A stretch of DNA of 64,000 bases from NCBI GenBank assembly GCA_022709405.1, contig JAKLIV010000002.1:5700-69699 (forward strand), written 5' to 3'. Positions 1-9,682 of the stretch are shown piece after piece. Numbering within the stretch: the first letter of the stretch is position 1; each line of letters starts with the position of its first letter. Under the pieces are notes generated by a model. That model did no database searches. It saw nothing but the letters and a program-made list of their open reading frames with translations, and was not told the DNA's origin. Origin of the DNA: Spirochaetota bacterium (GTDB lineage: Bacteria; Spirochaetota; UBA4802; UBA5550). The position numbers and the translations under genes are program-made.

Positions 1-273
1 TTCCTTCTCGCATTTGAGATACTCCAGTATTACCGGGGAGCGGTTGATTTCGTCCCTCAGGGACTCCAGCTCCAGGATTTCGTACTGCTCGACGATATCG
101 CCCATTTTCTTCCTGGTTTCGATTTCCCCGCTCGATTTATAATACCGGTCGAGCATTTCCGACGCCGGCCTGTCGGAGCCAAGCATCCTGCCGGCCCTTT
201 CATATCTTTTATAGATATCGGTGTCCCGGATGAGAAGGCCTATCTCGCGGGCTATTTCAATAATTTTTTCCAT
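1..273 (-). CDS. YlbF/YmcA (UPF0342)-like helical regulatory protein, C-terminally truncated by window edge
   Basis: Reverse-strand ATG at 273-271. Translation begins MEKIIEIAREIGLLIRDTDIYKRYERAGRML..., a helical pattern like the YheA/YlbF family. The ORF runs off the window start. Confidence 0.45.
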   Translation of the reverse strand, partial: MEKIIEIAREIGLLIRDTDIYKRYERAGRMLGSDRPASEMLDRYYKSSGEIETRKKMGDIVEQYEILELESLRDEINRSPVILEYLKCEKE

Positions 274-408
274 CGTCCGTCATTCCCCGAAAAATCTATG
301 ATGCATCATCCCGTAATTATTTCAAGAAGATTAGTCCCTGCCCCGTAAAAATCCCGGTTTCTGGCATCCGGAGGAACGCCCGGAGACTGGAACCGTTTAC
401 CGATTTTA

Positions 409-437
409 TTTGACAGATAAATTCACATTATTTATAA
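409..437 (+). promoter_or_regulatory. sigma70-type consensus promoter (TTGACA-17 bp-TATAAT) driving the bactofilin and outer-membrane-protein genes
   Basis: ttgaca at 409-414, a 17-nt spacer, tataat at 432-437. The bactofilin ATG at 504 is preceded by the RBS aaggag. Confidence 0.6.
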
Positions 438-503
438 TTACCACCGTTTACGGGGCTCTCCGTCCCCGGCCGTTTTACTTCCAATTCCCGTCAAGGAGCA
501 GGT

Positions 504-863
504 ATGACCGAAAACATCAAAGAGATTCTCGAAGACGAAAACAAGATCGGCACCGTGATCGCTGACGATATACACTTCAGGGGGCGCCTGTCATTCAAGA
601 ATTCCCTCAAGATCAAGGGCATTTTCGAGGGAAAAATCGAGACCGACGGGCATCTCATCATAGGCAGGGAGGCCAGGGTCAGCGCGGACATCAAGGCCGA
701 CCTCGTTTCCATAAGCGGCATCGTGAACGGCAAGATAAAGACAACCCAGAGGATCGACCTCTACAAAAAAAGCCAGACCAGCGGCGATCTCGTCACTCCC
801 GAACTCTGCATCGAATCGGGATCGATATTCAATGGGACCTGCCTGATGGAAGAAAAGAAATAG
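504..863 (+). CDS. bactofilin (DUF583) cytoskeletal protein
   Basis: 119 aa. Repetitive beta-helical pattern typical of bactofilin/CcmA (IKGIFEGKIETDGHLIIGREARVSADIKADLVSISGIVNGKIKT). RBS ggagcagg upstream. Confidence 0.8.
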   Translation: MTENIKEILEDENKIGTVIADDIHFRGRLSFKNSLKIKGIFEGKIETDGHLIIGREARVSADIKADLVSISGIVNGKIKTTQRIDLYKKSQTSGDLVTPELCIESGSIFNGTCLMEEKK

Positions 864-867
864 GCCC

Positions 868-1551
868 GTGAACATGAAAAAAGCGATTACCCTGCTCATC
901 GTCTGCGCGGCCCTGTATCTTCCTTCGGCGGTCAGGGCGGATGAACCGCAGCCCGACCCCAATGTCTCTTTCGGATTCGTCCTTACCGGCGGATACACCA
1001 GCATATGGCAGCGTATCGGCTCCCAGAACGACTGGGGCTGGGGCTACCTCGCAGGTGGAGGTTTCGTTTTCGAAAAGATGTTCACCAACCGGCTCGGGAT
1101 CCATACCGGCCTCTCCTATATCTATTCCATGACGAACATCGAACCGGGCGACGACATTCATGCCCAGGCGACCATGCATTCCCTCATGGCCCCGCTGTAC
1201 CTGATCGTGTCAGCCAACAGGGGCATATTCTCTTTCAACTTCCTCACCGGCCTCGACATAATGGTCATTACCGACTGTTCGATGCACGGGGATTCCGACA
1301 TGCTGCCGAACAAGACCGCTGCAGTGACGCAATACCTGTCCCCCGCCCAGTTCGGGCTCGCAGCCGGGTTCAATTTCAAGTTCCGGGTCGCACACTATGT
1401 CGATTATTATTTCGGCTTCATCGGGGATTTCTACGTCTCGAGCTTCGAGCGCCAGCATGAAGGTTACGATTCGTACGCGCATATCTACGACGGCCGCCTC
1501 ATGACCGGCGTGCTGTTCAGGACCAACCTGTTTCCCATGCCTGAAAAATAG
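868..1551 (+). CDS. secreted outer-membrane beta-barrel-like protein (OmpW/OmpA-TM-like), hypothetical
   Basis: Signal peptide MNMKKAITLLIVCAALYLPSAVRA. Aromatic-rich alternating pattern. Starts 4 bp after the bactofilin stop, so probably co-transcribed. Confidence 0.55.
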   Translation: MNMKKAITLLIVCAALYLPSAVRADEPQPDPNVSFGFVLTGGYTSIWQRIGSQNDWGWGYLAGGGFVFEKMFTNRLGIHTGLSYIYSMTNIEPGDDIHAQATMHSLMAPLYLIVSANRGIFSFNFLTGLDIMVITDCSMHGDSDMLPNKTAAVTQYLSPAQFGLAAGFNFKFRVAHYVDYYFGFIGDFYVSSFERQHEGYDSYAHIYDGRLMTGVLFRTNLFPMPEK

Positions 1552-1815
1552 CGGCCGATACGACGAAACGATCTTCACCATCCGCAATTGCCGCAATCTC
1601 ATCGCCCGGTTGGGAGCAACCGGGTATAAACCGCCGGTTCTGATTCAGTTTCCGCACAAGATTGACACTGTTTCCATGAACTCCGGTTTCCGGGATTTAC
1701 TTGACGCGCGCAATGTGGATTGATAAATTAAGCTGTTCCGGATGCATCCAAGCATCCGACTTCGGTCTGACCGTACGATATGTACAATGTAACTATCTTT
1801 TCAAGGAGATCCAAA

Positions 1816-3663
1816 ATGAAGAGAACAGCCAGCTTTCTGATCCCGTGCACCGTGTTTATATTGTCCTTATTTTTGCTTTCATGCGACGATGATTCGGACA
1901 AGAAATCCTCTTCGGGATTGAAATGGGCTTCAGGGTATCCGACCGCGGCGGCAGTTGTTGATACGGTAAGCATCACAGGCCAGGACATCTCGTCTACCGC
2001 GAGAACCAATAAAGACTGCACCGTTTATTATGTTGCAGTATCATCCGGCGATCCCGCGCCGTCGGCAGACCAGATAATCGCAGGTCAAAACGGTTCCGGT
2101 GCGGCCGCATTCAATTCAGGCAATCAGGCAATAACGGCCCTGACGAACACGGTCCTGACCATGAGCTCTTTTCCCTATTCAACAGCATATGACATATATA
2201 TCATAGGGGAAAATACAACCCTGAACCAGCGTACCGCAATAAAAAATTACACGGTCGCTATCGGCGAACGGAATATTATTTTCGTAAGAAAAACCGGAAA
2301 TGATTCCAATACCGGCCTGGATCCAATGTTTCCGAAACTGACAATTCAGGCGGGAGTAACAGCAGCCGCGGCCCTTACCGGTTCATTCAAAAAAGTTTAC
2401 GTAGCAGCAGGCACATATGGCGAATCCGTCAGCCTTACCGGCGGCGTTTCCCTGTATGGCGGTTTCAGCGCAGCAGACTGGAGCGACCGCGACAGGGTGA
2501 ACCGGTCAAATGCGACTTACCAGACAATAATCCAGGGACCTGGCACAAGCCAGAGCGCCATTGGGGTTACCAGCACATCCACGGGCGATAGTATCGTCGA
2601 GGGTTTCACCATCCAGAGCACCCATGCTAATAATTCATACGCTGTTAACATATACGATGTCTCCGCCACGGTCAGATACAACACCATTGACGGCGGCCCC
2701 GGCGATAATGAGTCGAATGGTATATACATCCATGGCGACAACGCTGAGACCGTTATCGAACACAATATGATAAACGGCGGCAGTTCTACAAGCTCCACAT
2801 CAAACGGCATCTACATCGAAACATCAGCCGACCAAGTCATCACCGACAATACCATCGACGGCGGATCCGGCGCAAACTCTTCACACGGTATAACCATTAC
2901 CTATCCCCTGGCAAGCACCTCTCTTATTGCCCGCAACACCATAAACGGTGGATCTAATTCAAACAGCACCTACGCAATCGCGATTTATAATAATAATATC
3001 GTGGGAACTTCCGCACCGATGATCCACTCCAATGACATTGACGCAGGCGACGGCGAAAACTGCCGGGGTATCTTCTGCTACGGTTCTGCAGACGGATATA
3101 CGGTAGCCCCAATAATATGTAACAATATCATCAAAGCGGTTGGCACACATCCCCGGGCGCTGCTCTTTCAGGATGTCGACGGGAGCCCTTTGGTTTACAA
3201 CAACACCATATCAACTTCAGGGACCGACCAAGCCAACGTAATTTCATCCATTGGATCAGTTAACCAAGCATCTTCTCCCGATATCCGAAACAACATTATA
3301 ATTGGCGATTCATCGCTTTGCGTGGCGTTTTATGAGGAAAACAACAGCAACAGTCTTTTTTCATATATCATGAACAATGATATTTACGACTGCACATGCA
3401 CTATAATAACAGCCGCGACTGCGTATTTTGAACTTACCGACTTGAATGGACTCCGCTCCGGGATTTCAGCTAATATATCCGTTGATCCTGCTCTCGATGC
3501 CGATCTGGCTCCGACCGTATCCACTCCCATATCGGTGAACGCCGGCGCCCTCGACCTTTCAGGAGTTGCGATCTTCCCTGAAAACGCAGATGGCGATAAG
3601 ATAGATAAAATCGGCGGAGATCGTACTCCCGGCTGGACCATGGGGGCATATGAAATAGACTAG
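1816..3663 (+). CDS. lipoprotein with right-handed parallel beta-helix repeats (pectate-lyase-like/DUF1565-type), paralog 1
   Basis: RBS aaggag then ATG at 1816. Lipobox LLSC followed by DDDSDKKSSSG. Repeated NTIDGG/NGIYI beta-helix rungs. About 40% identical to the downstream paralog. The ORF track's upstream extension to 1780 is unlikely to be translated. Confidence 0.75.
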   Translation: MKRTASFLIPCTVFILSLFLLSCDDDSDKKSSSGLKWASGYPTAAAVVDTVSITGQDISSTARTNKDCTVYYVAVSSGDPAPSADQIIAGQNGSGAAAFNSGNQAITALTNTVLTMSSFPYSTAYDIYIIGENTTLNQRTAIKNYTVAIGERNIIFVRKTGNDSNTGLDPMFPKLTIQAGVTAAAALTGSFKKVYVAAGTYGESVSLTGGVSLYGGFSAADWSDRDRVNRSNATYQTIIQGPGTSQSAIGVTSTSTGDSIVEGFTIQSTHANNSYAVNIYDVSATVRYNTIDGGPGDNESNGIYIHGDNAETVIEHNMINGGSSTSSTSNGIYIETSADQVITDNTIDGGSGANSSHGITITYPLASTSLIARNTINGGSNSNSTYAIAIYNNNIVGTSAPMIHSNDIDAGDGENCRGIFCYGSADGYTVAPIICNNIIKAVGTHPRALLFQDVDGSPLVYNNTISTSGTDQANVISSIGSVNQASSPDIRNNIIIGDSSLCVAFYEENNSNSLFSYIMNNDIYDCTCTIITAATAYFELTDLNGLRSGISANISVDPALDADLAPTVSTPISVNAGALDLSGVAIFPENADGDKIDKIGGDRTPGWTMGAYEID

Positions 3664-3685
3664 CTTTTCTTACTCGATCCAATAA

Positions 3686-3717
3686 CAAAAAACCCCGCTT
3701 TCGCGGGGTTTTTTGTT
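3686..3717 (+). terminator. rho-independent terminator (ccccgc-tttc-gcgggg + T7)
   Basis: GC stem 3693-3708 followed by a T-run at 3709-3716, directly after the stop of paralog 1. Confidence 0.7.
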
Positions 3718-3757
3718 ATAAGATTCTGATTCAGTATCAGATGTTTTCATTCCGACC

Positions 3758-3845
3758 AGGTGCTGGATGGCACCGGAGATGCCGATCGCCATGTACAGCT
3801 CCGGAGTGACGGTCTTGCCCGACTGTCCGACCTGGCGTGCTGTTC
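3758..3845 (-). pseudogene. fossil 3'-end fragment of etfA, a duplicate of 6102-6185 on the minus strand
   Basis: 80 of 82 nt identical to the real etfA 3' region (tgctggatggcRccggagatgccgatcgccatgtacagStccggagtgacggtcttgcccgactgtccgacctggcgtgc). No start codon and no 5' part present. Confidence 0.75.
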
Positions 3846-3877
3846 AGGACAAACCTGTTTCCCATGCCTGAAAAATA
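3836..3877 (+). pseudogene. fossil 3'-end fragment of the outer-membrane-protein gene, a duplicate of 1511-1551
   Basis: gtgctgttcaggacAaacctgtttcccatgcctgaaaaata matches the last 40 nt of ORF 868-1551 with one mismatch. It abuts the etfA fragment through the shared microhomology gcgtgc. Confidence 0.75.
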
Positions 3878-4058
3878 ATCCGTCCTGCATGCACCGCCTG
3901 ATGCAGCCCGTATGCAGCTTCACCCTGATATCAACGGTCCATTTACATGCGGATTATCAGTGATATTACGGTAAAACCGTTGACAAAACCGTTTACTACC
4001 TGAAAAATCTTTTCTGTAATTCCTTCACCAAATATCTCAAAATTTCAGGAGTGTTCCC

Positions 4059-5897
4059 ATGAGAAAAAAATCTTTATTGATTTTCCTGGCAGCTTTTTTT
4101 TGCCTGGGCATCCTTGCTGGGTGCGACGATTCTTCTTCAAGCGATAAAAAATCGCCAGACCTGCCGCAGTGGTCCGTGGGGTATCCCAGCATATCGACGC
4201 TTGATACCAACCTTTATATCCAGGCTTCGGCAAACAAAAATGGAACTGTTTATTGCGTTCTGCTTCCAGATGGAAGCGATGGACCTTCTGCTCTTCAGGT
4301 CAAAAACGGCCAGGATGCCGCAGGCTCGACCCTTGTAACATCGAGAACCGCATCAGATACTTTAAATAACGGTACGGCCACCGCGCTCATCATGTACGGA
4401 CTCTCTTACTCAACTGATTACGATCTATATATTGTCGCAGAAGATGACTCATCCCATCTCCAGTCATCCGCAACCATGCTCGATGTTGCAACAGGTGTAC
4501 GCGATACACTTTTTGTATCAAAAAATGGGGCTGATGTCAACACCGGCGGCATCGAAGACCCTTTGCCCACGATAACCTTGGCATTGTCAGCTGTCAGCGG
4601 TGACATCAATAAAGTCTGCGTCTCCGCCGGAACCTACGCCGAATCCGTTACCCTTGAAGACGGCGTTTCACTGTACGGCGGATTCAGCGCAACAGACTGG
4701 AACGACCGCGACATAGAGGACCGCGACAACGCGACCTACGGCACCGAAATACATGGGGTTGCCACATCGAACTTCGGCGTAGCCTTTTCCGGATTTTCAA
4801 CCGAAGAATGGGTCCTGGAAGGGTTTACCGTAACCACCACTCATCCTGACAATTCTCATGGCGTTCGCGTCAATATATCAGGCGGAACTGCCACAGTTCG
4901 TTATAACACAATCGTGGGCGGATCAGGATACTACGAATCAAATGGCATCTATGTCAATGGAGATGTCTCCAGCATGATTGTCCAGCACAATGACATCAAT
5001 GGCGGCTCCTCCACAAATGCGAACTCAAACGGCATTTACATTGAAACCGCCGCAGACCAGATCGTCACCGACAACACGATCGACGGAGGTACTGGTAACA
5101 ACGCCTCTCTCGGTATCGTCGTATCTTATCCCCTTGGGAATACTTCGGTGATCTCCCGCAATGACATAAACGGCGGCGCGTCAGTCTCGGGGGAAACGTA
5201 TGGATTCCAGATCACTAACGACACCGTGAACACCACGATGTCCTGCGTAATCTCGCAAAACCATATTGATGCCGGATCAGGATCTACAACAGTTGGAATA
5301 TACTGCTATGGACTTGGGGACACCAAGGCCATTGAACCCATGATATGCAATAATGTCATAGTGGCCGCAGCTTCGATTAGGGGCACTGGGCTGGATCTGC
5401 GGTTTGCCGACGGGACTCCGCACGTGTACAACAACACCATTATCGTGAGCGGCACGGTTAACTATTCAATCGGTATCTATGCCACCGGCATCGACGACCG
5501 TGACACAACGCCCGACGTGCAGAACAACATCATTATCGGGCAATCATCCGGTGCGGGCGGCAATGACATCATGTTGAGCGACACCTCGTTCGGGATATTC
5601 CCCTCGGTGAAGAACAATGTATTCTTCGGATTCATGTGCATCACGAATTACTTTTGCGATATCGACGGCTACAACGACGACGATACGGGTGACAGCATCT
5701 ATGGCAACATCGACATTGACCCGGCCCTTGACGCCGAATACAATCTAACGGCATCGAGCCCGGCATCGGTAACCGAAGGCGGCCTCGACCTCTCAGGCGT
5801 CGTTCTTTTCCCCGAAAACTCATCAGCACAGAAAATTGACATGAACGGCACACGCCGTACCGCGCCCTGGTCCATCGGGGCATACGAACTCGATTAA
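4059..5897 (+). CDS. lipoprotein with parallel beta-helix repeats, paralog 2
   Basis: RBS aggag then ATG. Lipobox LAGC followed by DDSSSSDKKS. Same repeat architecture and C-terminal ...DLSGV..FPEN...GAYE motif as paralog 1. Confidence 0.75.
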   Translation: MRKKSLLIFLAAFFCLGILAGCDDSSSSDKKSPDLPQWSVGYPSISTLDTNLYIQASANKNGTVYCVLLPDGSDGPSALQVKNGQDAAGSTLVTSRTASDTLNNGTATALIMYGLSYSTDYDLYIVAEDDSSHLQSSATMLDVATGVRDTLFVSKNGADVNTGGIEDPLPTITLALSAVSGDINKVCVSAGTYAESVTLEDGVSLYGGFSATDWNDRDIEDRDNATYGTEIHGVATSNFGVAFSGFSTEEWVLEGFTVTTTHPDNSHGVRVNISGGTATVRYNTIVGGSGYYESNGIYVNGDVSSMIVQHNDINGGSSTNANSNGIYIETAADQIVTDNTIDGGTGNNASLGIVVSYPLGNTSVISRNDINGGASVSGETYGFQITNDTVNTTMSCVISQNHIDAGSGSTTVGIYCYGLGDTKAIEPMICNNVIVAAASIRGTGLDLRFADGTPHVYNNTIIVSGTVNYSIGIYATGIDDRDTTPDVQNNIIIGQSSGAGGNDIMLSDTSFGIFPSVKNNVFFGFMCITNYFCDIDGYNDDDTGDSIYGNIDIDPALDAEYNLTASSPASVTEGGLDLSGVVLFPENSSAQKIDMNGTRRTAPWSIGAYELD

Positions 5898-5918
5898 CCA
5901 TTCATTTCGATCACCAAA

Positions 5919-5948
5919 CAAAAAACCCCGCGGAAGCGGGGTTTTTTG
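5919..5948. terminator. bidirectional rho-independent terminator between beta-helix paralog 2 and etfA
   Basis: A-run, stem ccccgc-ggaa-gcgggg, T-run. It serves the convergent genes on both strands. Confidence 0.7.
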
Positions 5949-5970
5949 TTATTGGATTCTGATATTGTTA

Positions 5971-6921
5971 TCAGAGGTTTTCCATCAGCTGGGGAACGAC
6001 TTCGAAGAGGTCCGCAACGATCCCGTAAGCCGCTATGTTGAAAATAGGAGCTTCAGGGTCTTTGTTGATCGCGACGATGCATTTCGATCCTTTCATGCCG
6101 GCAACGTGCTGGATGGCGCCGGAGATGCCGATCGCCATGTACAGGTCCGGAGTGACGGTCTTGCCCGACTGTCCGACCTGGCGTGCCGCCTCGGTCCAGC
6201 CGGAGTCAACGACCGGCCTGGATGCGCCATACTCGCCGCCGAGCTTCTTGGCAAGGGGGATGATGACGTCTTTGTACTTGTCGCCGTCCTTGAGTCCGCG
6301 GCCGCCGGATACGATTATCTTGGCCTGGGAAATGTCGACAGCGCCGGCCATGGTGGCGATGACTTCCTTCACTTTAGTCCTGACGTTGCTTATCGATGCG
6401 GATACCGCTGTTACAGCGCCTGCTCCGCCTGCTGCTTCCATTTCGTACGCGCCTTTCTCGAAAGTGGCGACGAATTTGTCGGTCTTGACCTTTTTCTGTT
6501 CCTGGATCTTTCCATTGTAGGTGTTCCTGGTGAAAACAGGCGCTCCGCCTTCAACAGCAACCTTGTTGCAGTTGGAAACGATGCCGGCGCCCATCGCCAT
6601 CGCGACTTTGGCCGCGAAGTCAACGCCGTCATAGCTCTGGGCTATGAGAACGCCTTTGACGTCCTGGGAATCGATAACGGCCTTGGCCGCCTGTGCATAT
6701 CCGTCCGAGGTGTATTTCTCGAGAGCGGCGTCTGCCACGCAGAATACCGTGGGGATATATTTCGCAACTTCCTTGGCGATCGAATCATCTTTTCCAAAAC
6801 AAGCTGCGGCAGGCTCGCATCCCATCGCCGAGGCGATCGTTTTCGCGGCCTTGCAGAGTTCAAGCGTACCGTCGCTTAACTTTCCGTCTCTGTGTTCAGC
6901 AATTACTAATATTTTAGCCAT
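5971..6921 (-). CDS. etfA: electron transfer flavoprotein alpha subunit
   Basis: 316 aa, MAKILVIAEHRDGKL... Typical EtfA N-terminal and FAD-binding C-terminal regions. Confidence 0.9.
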   Translation of the reverse strand: MAKILVIAEHRDGKLSDGTLELCKAAKTIASAMGCEPAAACFGKDDSIAKEVAKYIPTVFCVADAALEKYTSDGYAQAAKAVIDSQDVKGVLIAQSYDGVDFAAKVAMAMGAGIVSNCNKVAVEGGAPVFTRNTYNGKIQEQKKVKTDKFVATFEKGAYEMEAAGGAGAVTAVSASISNVRTKVKEVIATMAGAVDISQAKIIVSGGRGLKDGDKYKDVIIPLAKKLGGEYGASRPVVDSGWTEAARQVGQSGKTVTPDLYMAIGISGAIQHVAGMKGSKCIVAINKDPEAPIFNIAAYGIVADLFEVVPQLMENL

Positions 6922-6939
6922 GATTATTGCCCTCCTTCA

Positions 6940-7710
6940 CTATATCACTTTAGCTTCGTTTTTGAGTTTGTCGATCAGGGCTTTGGCCGCTGTCGCAGGG
7001 TCTCCCTTGATGATTTCCGCTTTCTTGTCGGAAACCGGGAAGAACATTTTCACGAATTCAGTTTTCGAATCCGTGCTGGCGCCGAGATCGGACGCTTTCT
7101 TGGCATCAAGCTGTTTTTTCTTGGCCTTCATGATACCCGGGAGGGTCGGATACCTGGGCTCGTTGATACCTGACTGGATGCTGAGGACCGCGGGGGCGCT
7201 CATTTCGAGGACCTCGTTGAGTCCGCCTTCGAGCTCCCTGTTGACGGTCATGTTCGCTCCGCTGATGTCGAGTTTAACGACGTTGGTGCAGTGCGGCATT
7301 CCGAGAAGTTCGGCGAGCATGACGCCGGTAACGGCCGCCTGGTCGTCTTCGGCCTGAACGCCGGTAAGAACGAGGTCCACCCCGCCGATGCCCTGGATCG
7401 CTTTCTGGAGGCACTGGGCAACCACGAAATTGTCGCCAGCCTGGACTGCAGGATCATTGATCTGGATGCCCCAATCGGCTCCCATTGCAAATGCCTGTCT
7501 GATGTCTTTGGCTGCTCTGTCGGGACCAGCGGATACGATGATGACTTCGCCGCCGTTTTTTTCTTTCAGCTGAAGGGCTGCTTCAACGGCGTAGTTATCG
7601 AAATCGTTGATTTTAAAAGCTACCTGGGATTCATCAATGCTTTTTCCATCGATGATTTTGAAGTTGGATTCCATGTCTGGAACCTGTTTTAAGCAGACAA
7701 CTATCTTCAT
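6940..7710 (-). CDS. etfB: electron transfer flavoprotein beta subunit
   Basis: 256 aa, MKIVVCLKQVPD... Canonical EtfB start. Lies immediately upstream of etfA. Confidence 0.9.
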   Translation of the reverse strand: MKIVVCLKQVPDMESNFKIIDGKSIDESQVAFKINDFDNYAVEAALQLKEKNGGEVIIVSAGPDRAAKDIRQAFAMGADWGIQINDPAVQAGDNFVVAQCLQKAIQGIGGVDLVLTGVQAEDDQAAVTGVMLAELLGMPHCTNVVKLDISGANMTVNRELEGGLNEVLEMSAPAVLSIQSGINEPRYPTLPGIMKAKKKQLDAKKASDLGASTDSKTEFVKMFFPVSDKKAEIIKGDPATAAKALIDKLKNEAKVI

Positions 7711-7881
7711 CTCCTTACTCCCTTAAATTATTATTTTTTAGTAAATAGCCAAAGATGACGATTCAGGAACATTTTTAACAACCCGCTCCTGTATGTCAAT
7801 CGGAATAGGCTGTTATTATCATTTTTTTGTTTTTGACCATCACCATGGCATGAAAAATGACTCCATGCGGTTCTTCGCCGG

Positions 7882-9591
7882 TTATTTCATCGTTTCCCTG
7901 ACAAGCTTAACAAGGTTTTCCTTTGCGGATTTCAAAATTTCGGAACCCCCGCGGGACTTGACCTCTATTTCCCCGCCGGAAAAGTATGTCTTGCCTACCG
8001 TCACCCTTACCGGGATGCCGATAAGGTCCGCATCCGCGAACTTGAAGCCGGGGCTCGCCTGGCGGTCGTCGTACAGGACGTCGATCCCGCCTTCGACCAG
8101 GAGATCGTATATCTCTTCCACCCGGGCAATTTCCTCCGGGCTCTTGCCCAGCCCCACCATGTGCACGTCGAAAGGCGCGACCGACCGGGGCCACATGATT
8201 CCCCGTTCGTCGTAATGCTGTTCGACGATCGCGGCCATTGTCCGGTTGACGCCTATCCCGTAGCAGCCCATTATCGGGGTCACGGTCTTGCCCTTTTCAT
8301 CGAGTACGGTCACGTTCATCGATTTGGTGTACTTGTATCCGAGTTTGAAGATATGTCCCACCTCGATGCCTTTCTTCACGCTCATGGCGGCGCCGCATTT
8401 CGGGCACATGTCGCCCTCCACCGCGGAGGTTATGTCCGCCTCGTTCTTTACGGTGAAATCGCGCCCGGAGTTCACGCCCGTGAAATGCATGTCCTTCTCA
8501 TTGGCGCCGGTGATGCCGTTCACCACGTCGGCGACCGAAAGGTCATACACGACCGGTATCTTTATATCGGAAACAGGGCCGGCGAACCCGACCGGTGCCT
8601 TTGTCACGTCCATGACCACCGTGTCCGGTGCGAGCTCGAGATCGGTCGCTCCCAGCGCGCGTTTCAGCTTCAGCTCGTTGATCTCGCGGTCGCCGGTAAC
8701 CACTGCCATGACCGGCTTTCCGTCGGCCAGGTATATGATGCTTTTCAAAAATTTATCGGCCCCGCACTTGAAGAACGCGACGAGGTCATCGATCGTTTTC
8801 ACGTCAGGAGTCGGGACCTTCTTGATATCCGCCTGCGGCTCGTTTCCCTGCCTGCCCGTGCGCCGGTATTCGGCTTTTTCCTGGTTCGCGCGGTATCCGC
8901 ATCCGCACAGCAGCAGGTATTCCTCGCCGACTTCCGACGCGACCATGAATTCCTCGGAGTTGCTCCCTCCCATTGACCCGGTATCGGCCTCGACCGGTAT
9001 CGTCTCGAGGCCGCAGCGCTCGAATATCCTCCGGTACGCCTTTCTCATGGCCTGGTATGATTCTTCGAGCCCCTTCTCGTTCATGTCGAAAGAGTACGCG
9101 TCCTTCATGATGAACTCCTTGCTGCGGATCACGCCGAATCTCGGCCTGATCTCGTCCCGGAACTTGGTGTTCATCTGGTACACGGTCACCGGCAGGTCGC
9201 GGTATGACGCTACGATCTGGCGCACGACATTGGTCATCGCTTCCTCGTGCGTGGGCGCCAGCGCGTACTCCTGCCCGTTGCGGTCTTTTATGCGGAACAT
9301 CTCGGGCCCCATGGTGTCCCATCGCCCGGATTCCTTCCATAAGTCGGCGCTGGTCATTTCCGGCATCAGGAACTCCAGCGCGCCGGCGCGGTCCATCTCC
9401 TCGCGCACGATGTCCATGATTTTCCTGAGCACCCTGAAACCCAGGGGAAGGTACGCGTACATGCCGGCGCTTTCCTTGCGGATGAGCCCGGCCCTGATCA
9501 TGAGCCTGTGGCTGGTGACCACCGCGTCCGAGGGCACCTCCTTGAGCGTCGGGACCATGTATCTTGAAAGTTTCATTGCTTCACCTTTCAT
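7882..9591 (-). CDS. proS: prolyl-tRNA synthetase (bacterial type with INS editing domain)
   Basis: 569 aa, MKLSRYMVPTLKEVPSDA...HRLMIRAGLIRK... Class II aaRS motifs. Confidence 0.9.
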   Translation of the reverse strand: MKGEAMKLSRYMVPTLKEVPSDAVVTSHRLMIRAGLIRKESAGMYAYLPLGFRVLRKIMDIVREEMDRAGALEFLMPEMTSADLWKESGRWDTMGPEMFRIKDRNGQEYALAPTHEEAMTNVVRQIVASYRDLPVTVYQMNTKFRDEIRPRFGVIRSKEFIMKDAYSFDMNEKGLEESYQAMRKAYRRIFERCGLETIPVEADTGSMGGSNSEEFMVASEVGEEYLLLCGCGYRANQEKAEYRRTGRQGNEPQADIKKVPTPDVKTIDDLVAFFKCGADKFLKSIIYLADGKPVMAVVTGDREINELKLKRALGATDLELAPDTVVMDVTKAPVGFAGPVSDIKIPVVYDLSVADVVNGITGANEKDMHFTGVNSGRDFTVKNEADITSAVEGDMCPKCGAAMSVKKGIEVGHIFKLGYKYTKSMNVTVLDEKGKTVTPIMGCYGIGVNRTMAAIVEQHYDERGIMWPRSVAPFDVHMVGLGKSPEEIARVEEIYDLLVEGGIDVLYDDRQASPGFKFADADLIGIPVRVTVGKTYFSGGEIEVKSRGGSEILKSAKENLVKLVRETMK

Positions 9592-9682
9592 TAATAAATG
9601 CTTGATTTCGACATACTTTTCTTGTCATGTTTTCACCTGTCAATTCTTTTTAAAAGGGATTCAGGGGGATTCCCGGACGCGC

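Noticed and set aside
3760-3963. 67-aa [14 protein letters not shown]...
   Set aside because: It is the antisense reading of the duplicated etfA 3' fossil fragment plus the OMP fossil. It is not a gene.
5965-6879. 304-aa plus-strand ORF
   Set aside because: Antisense to etfA.
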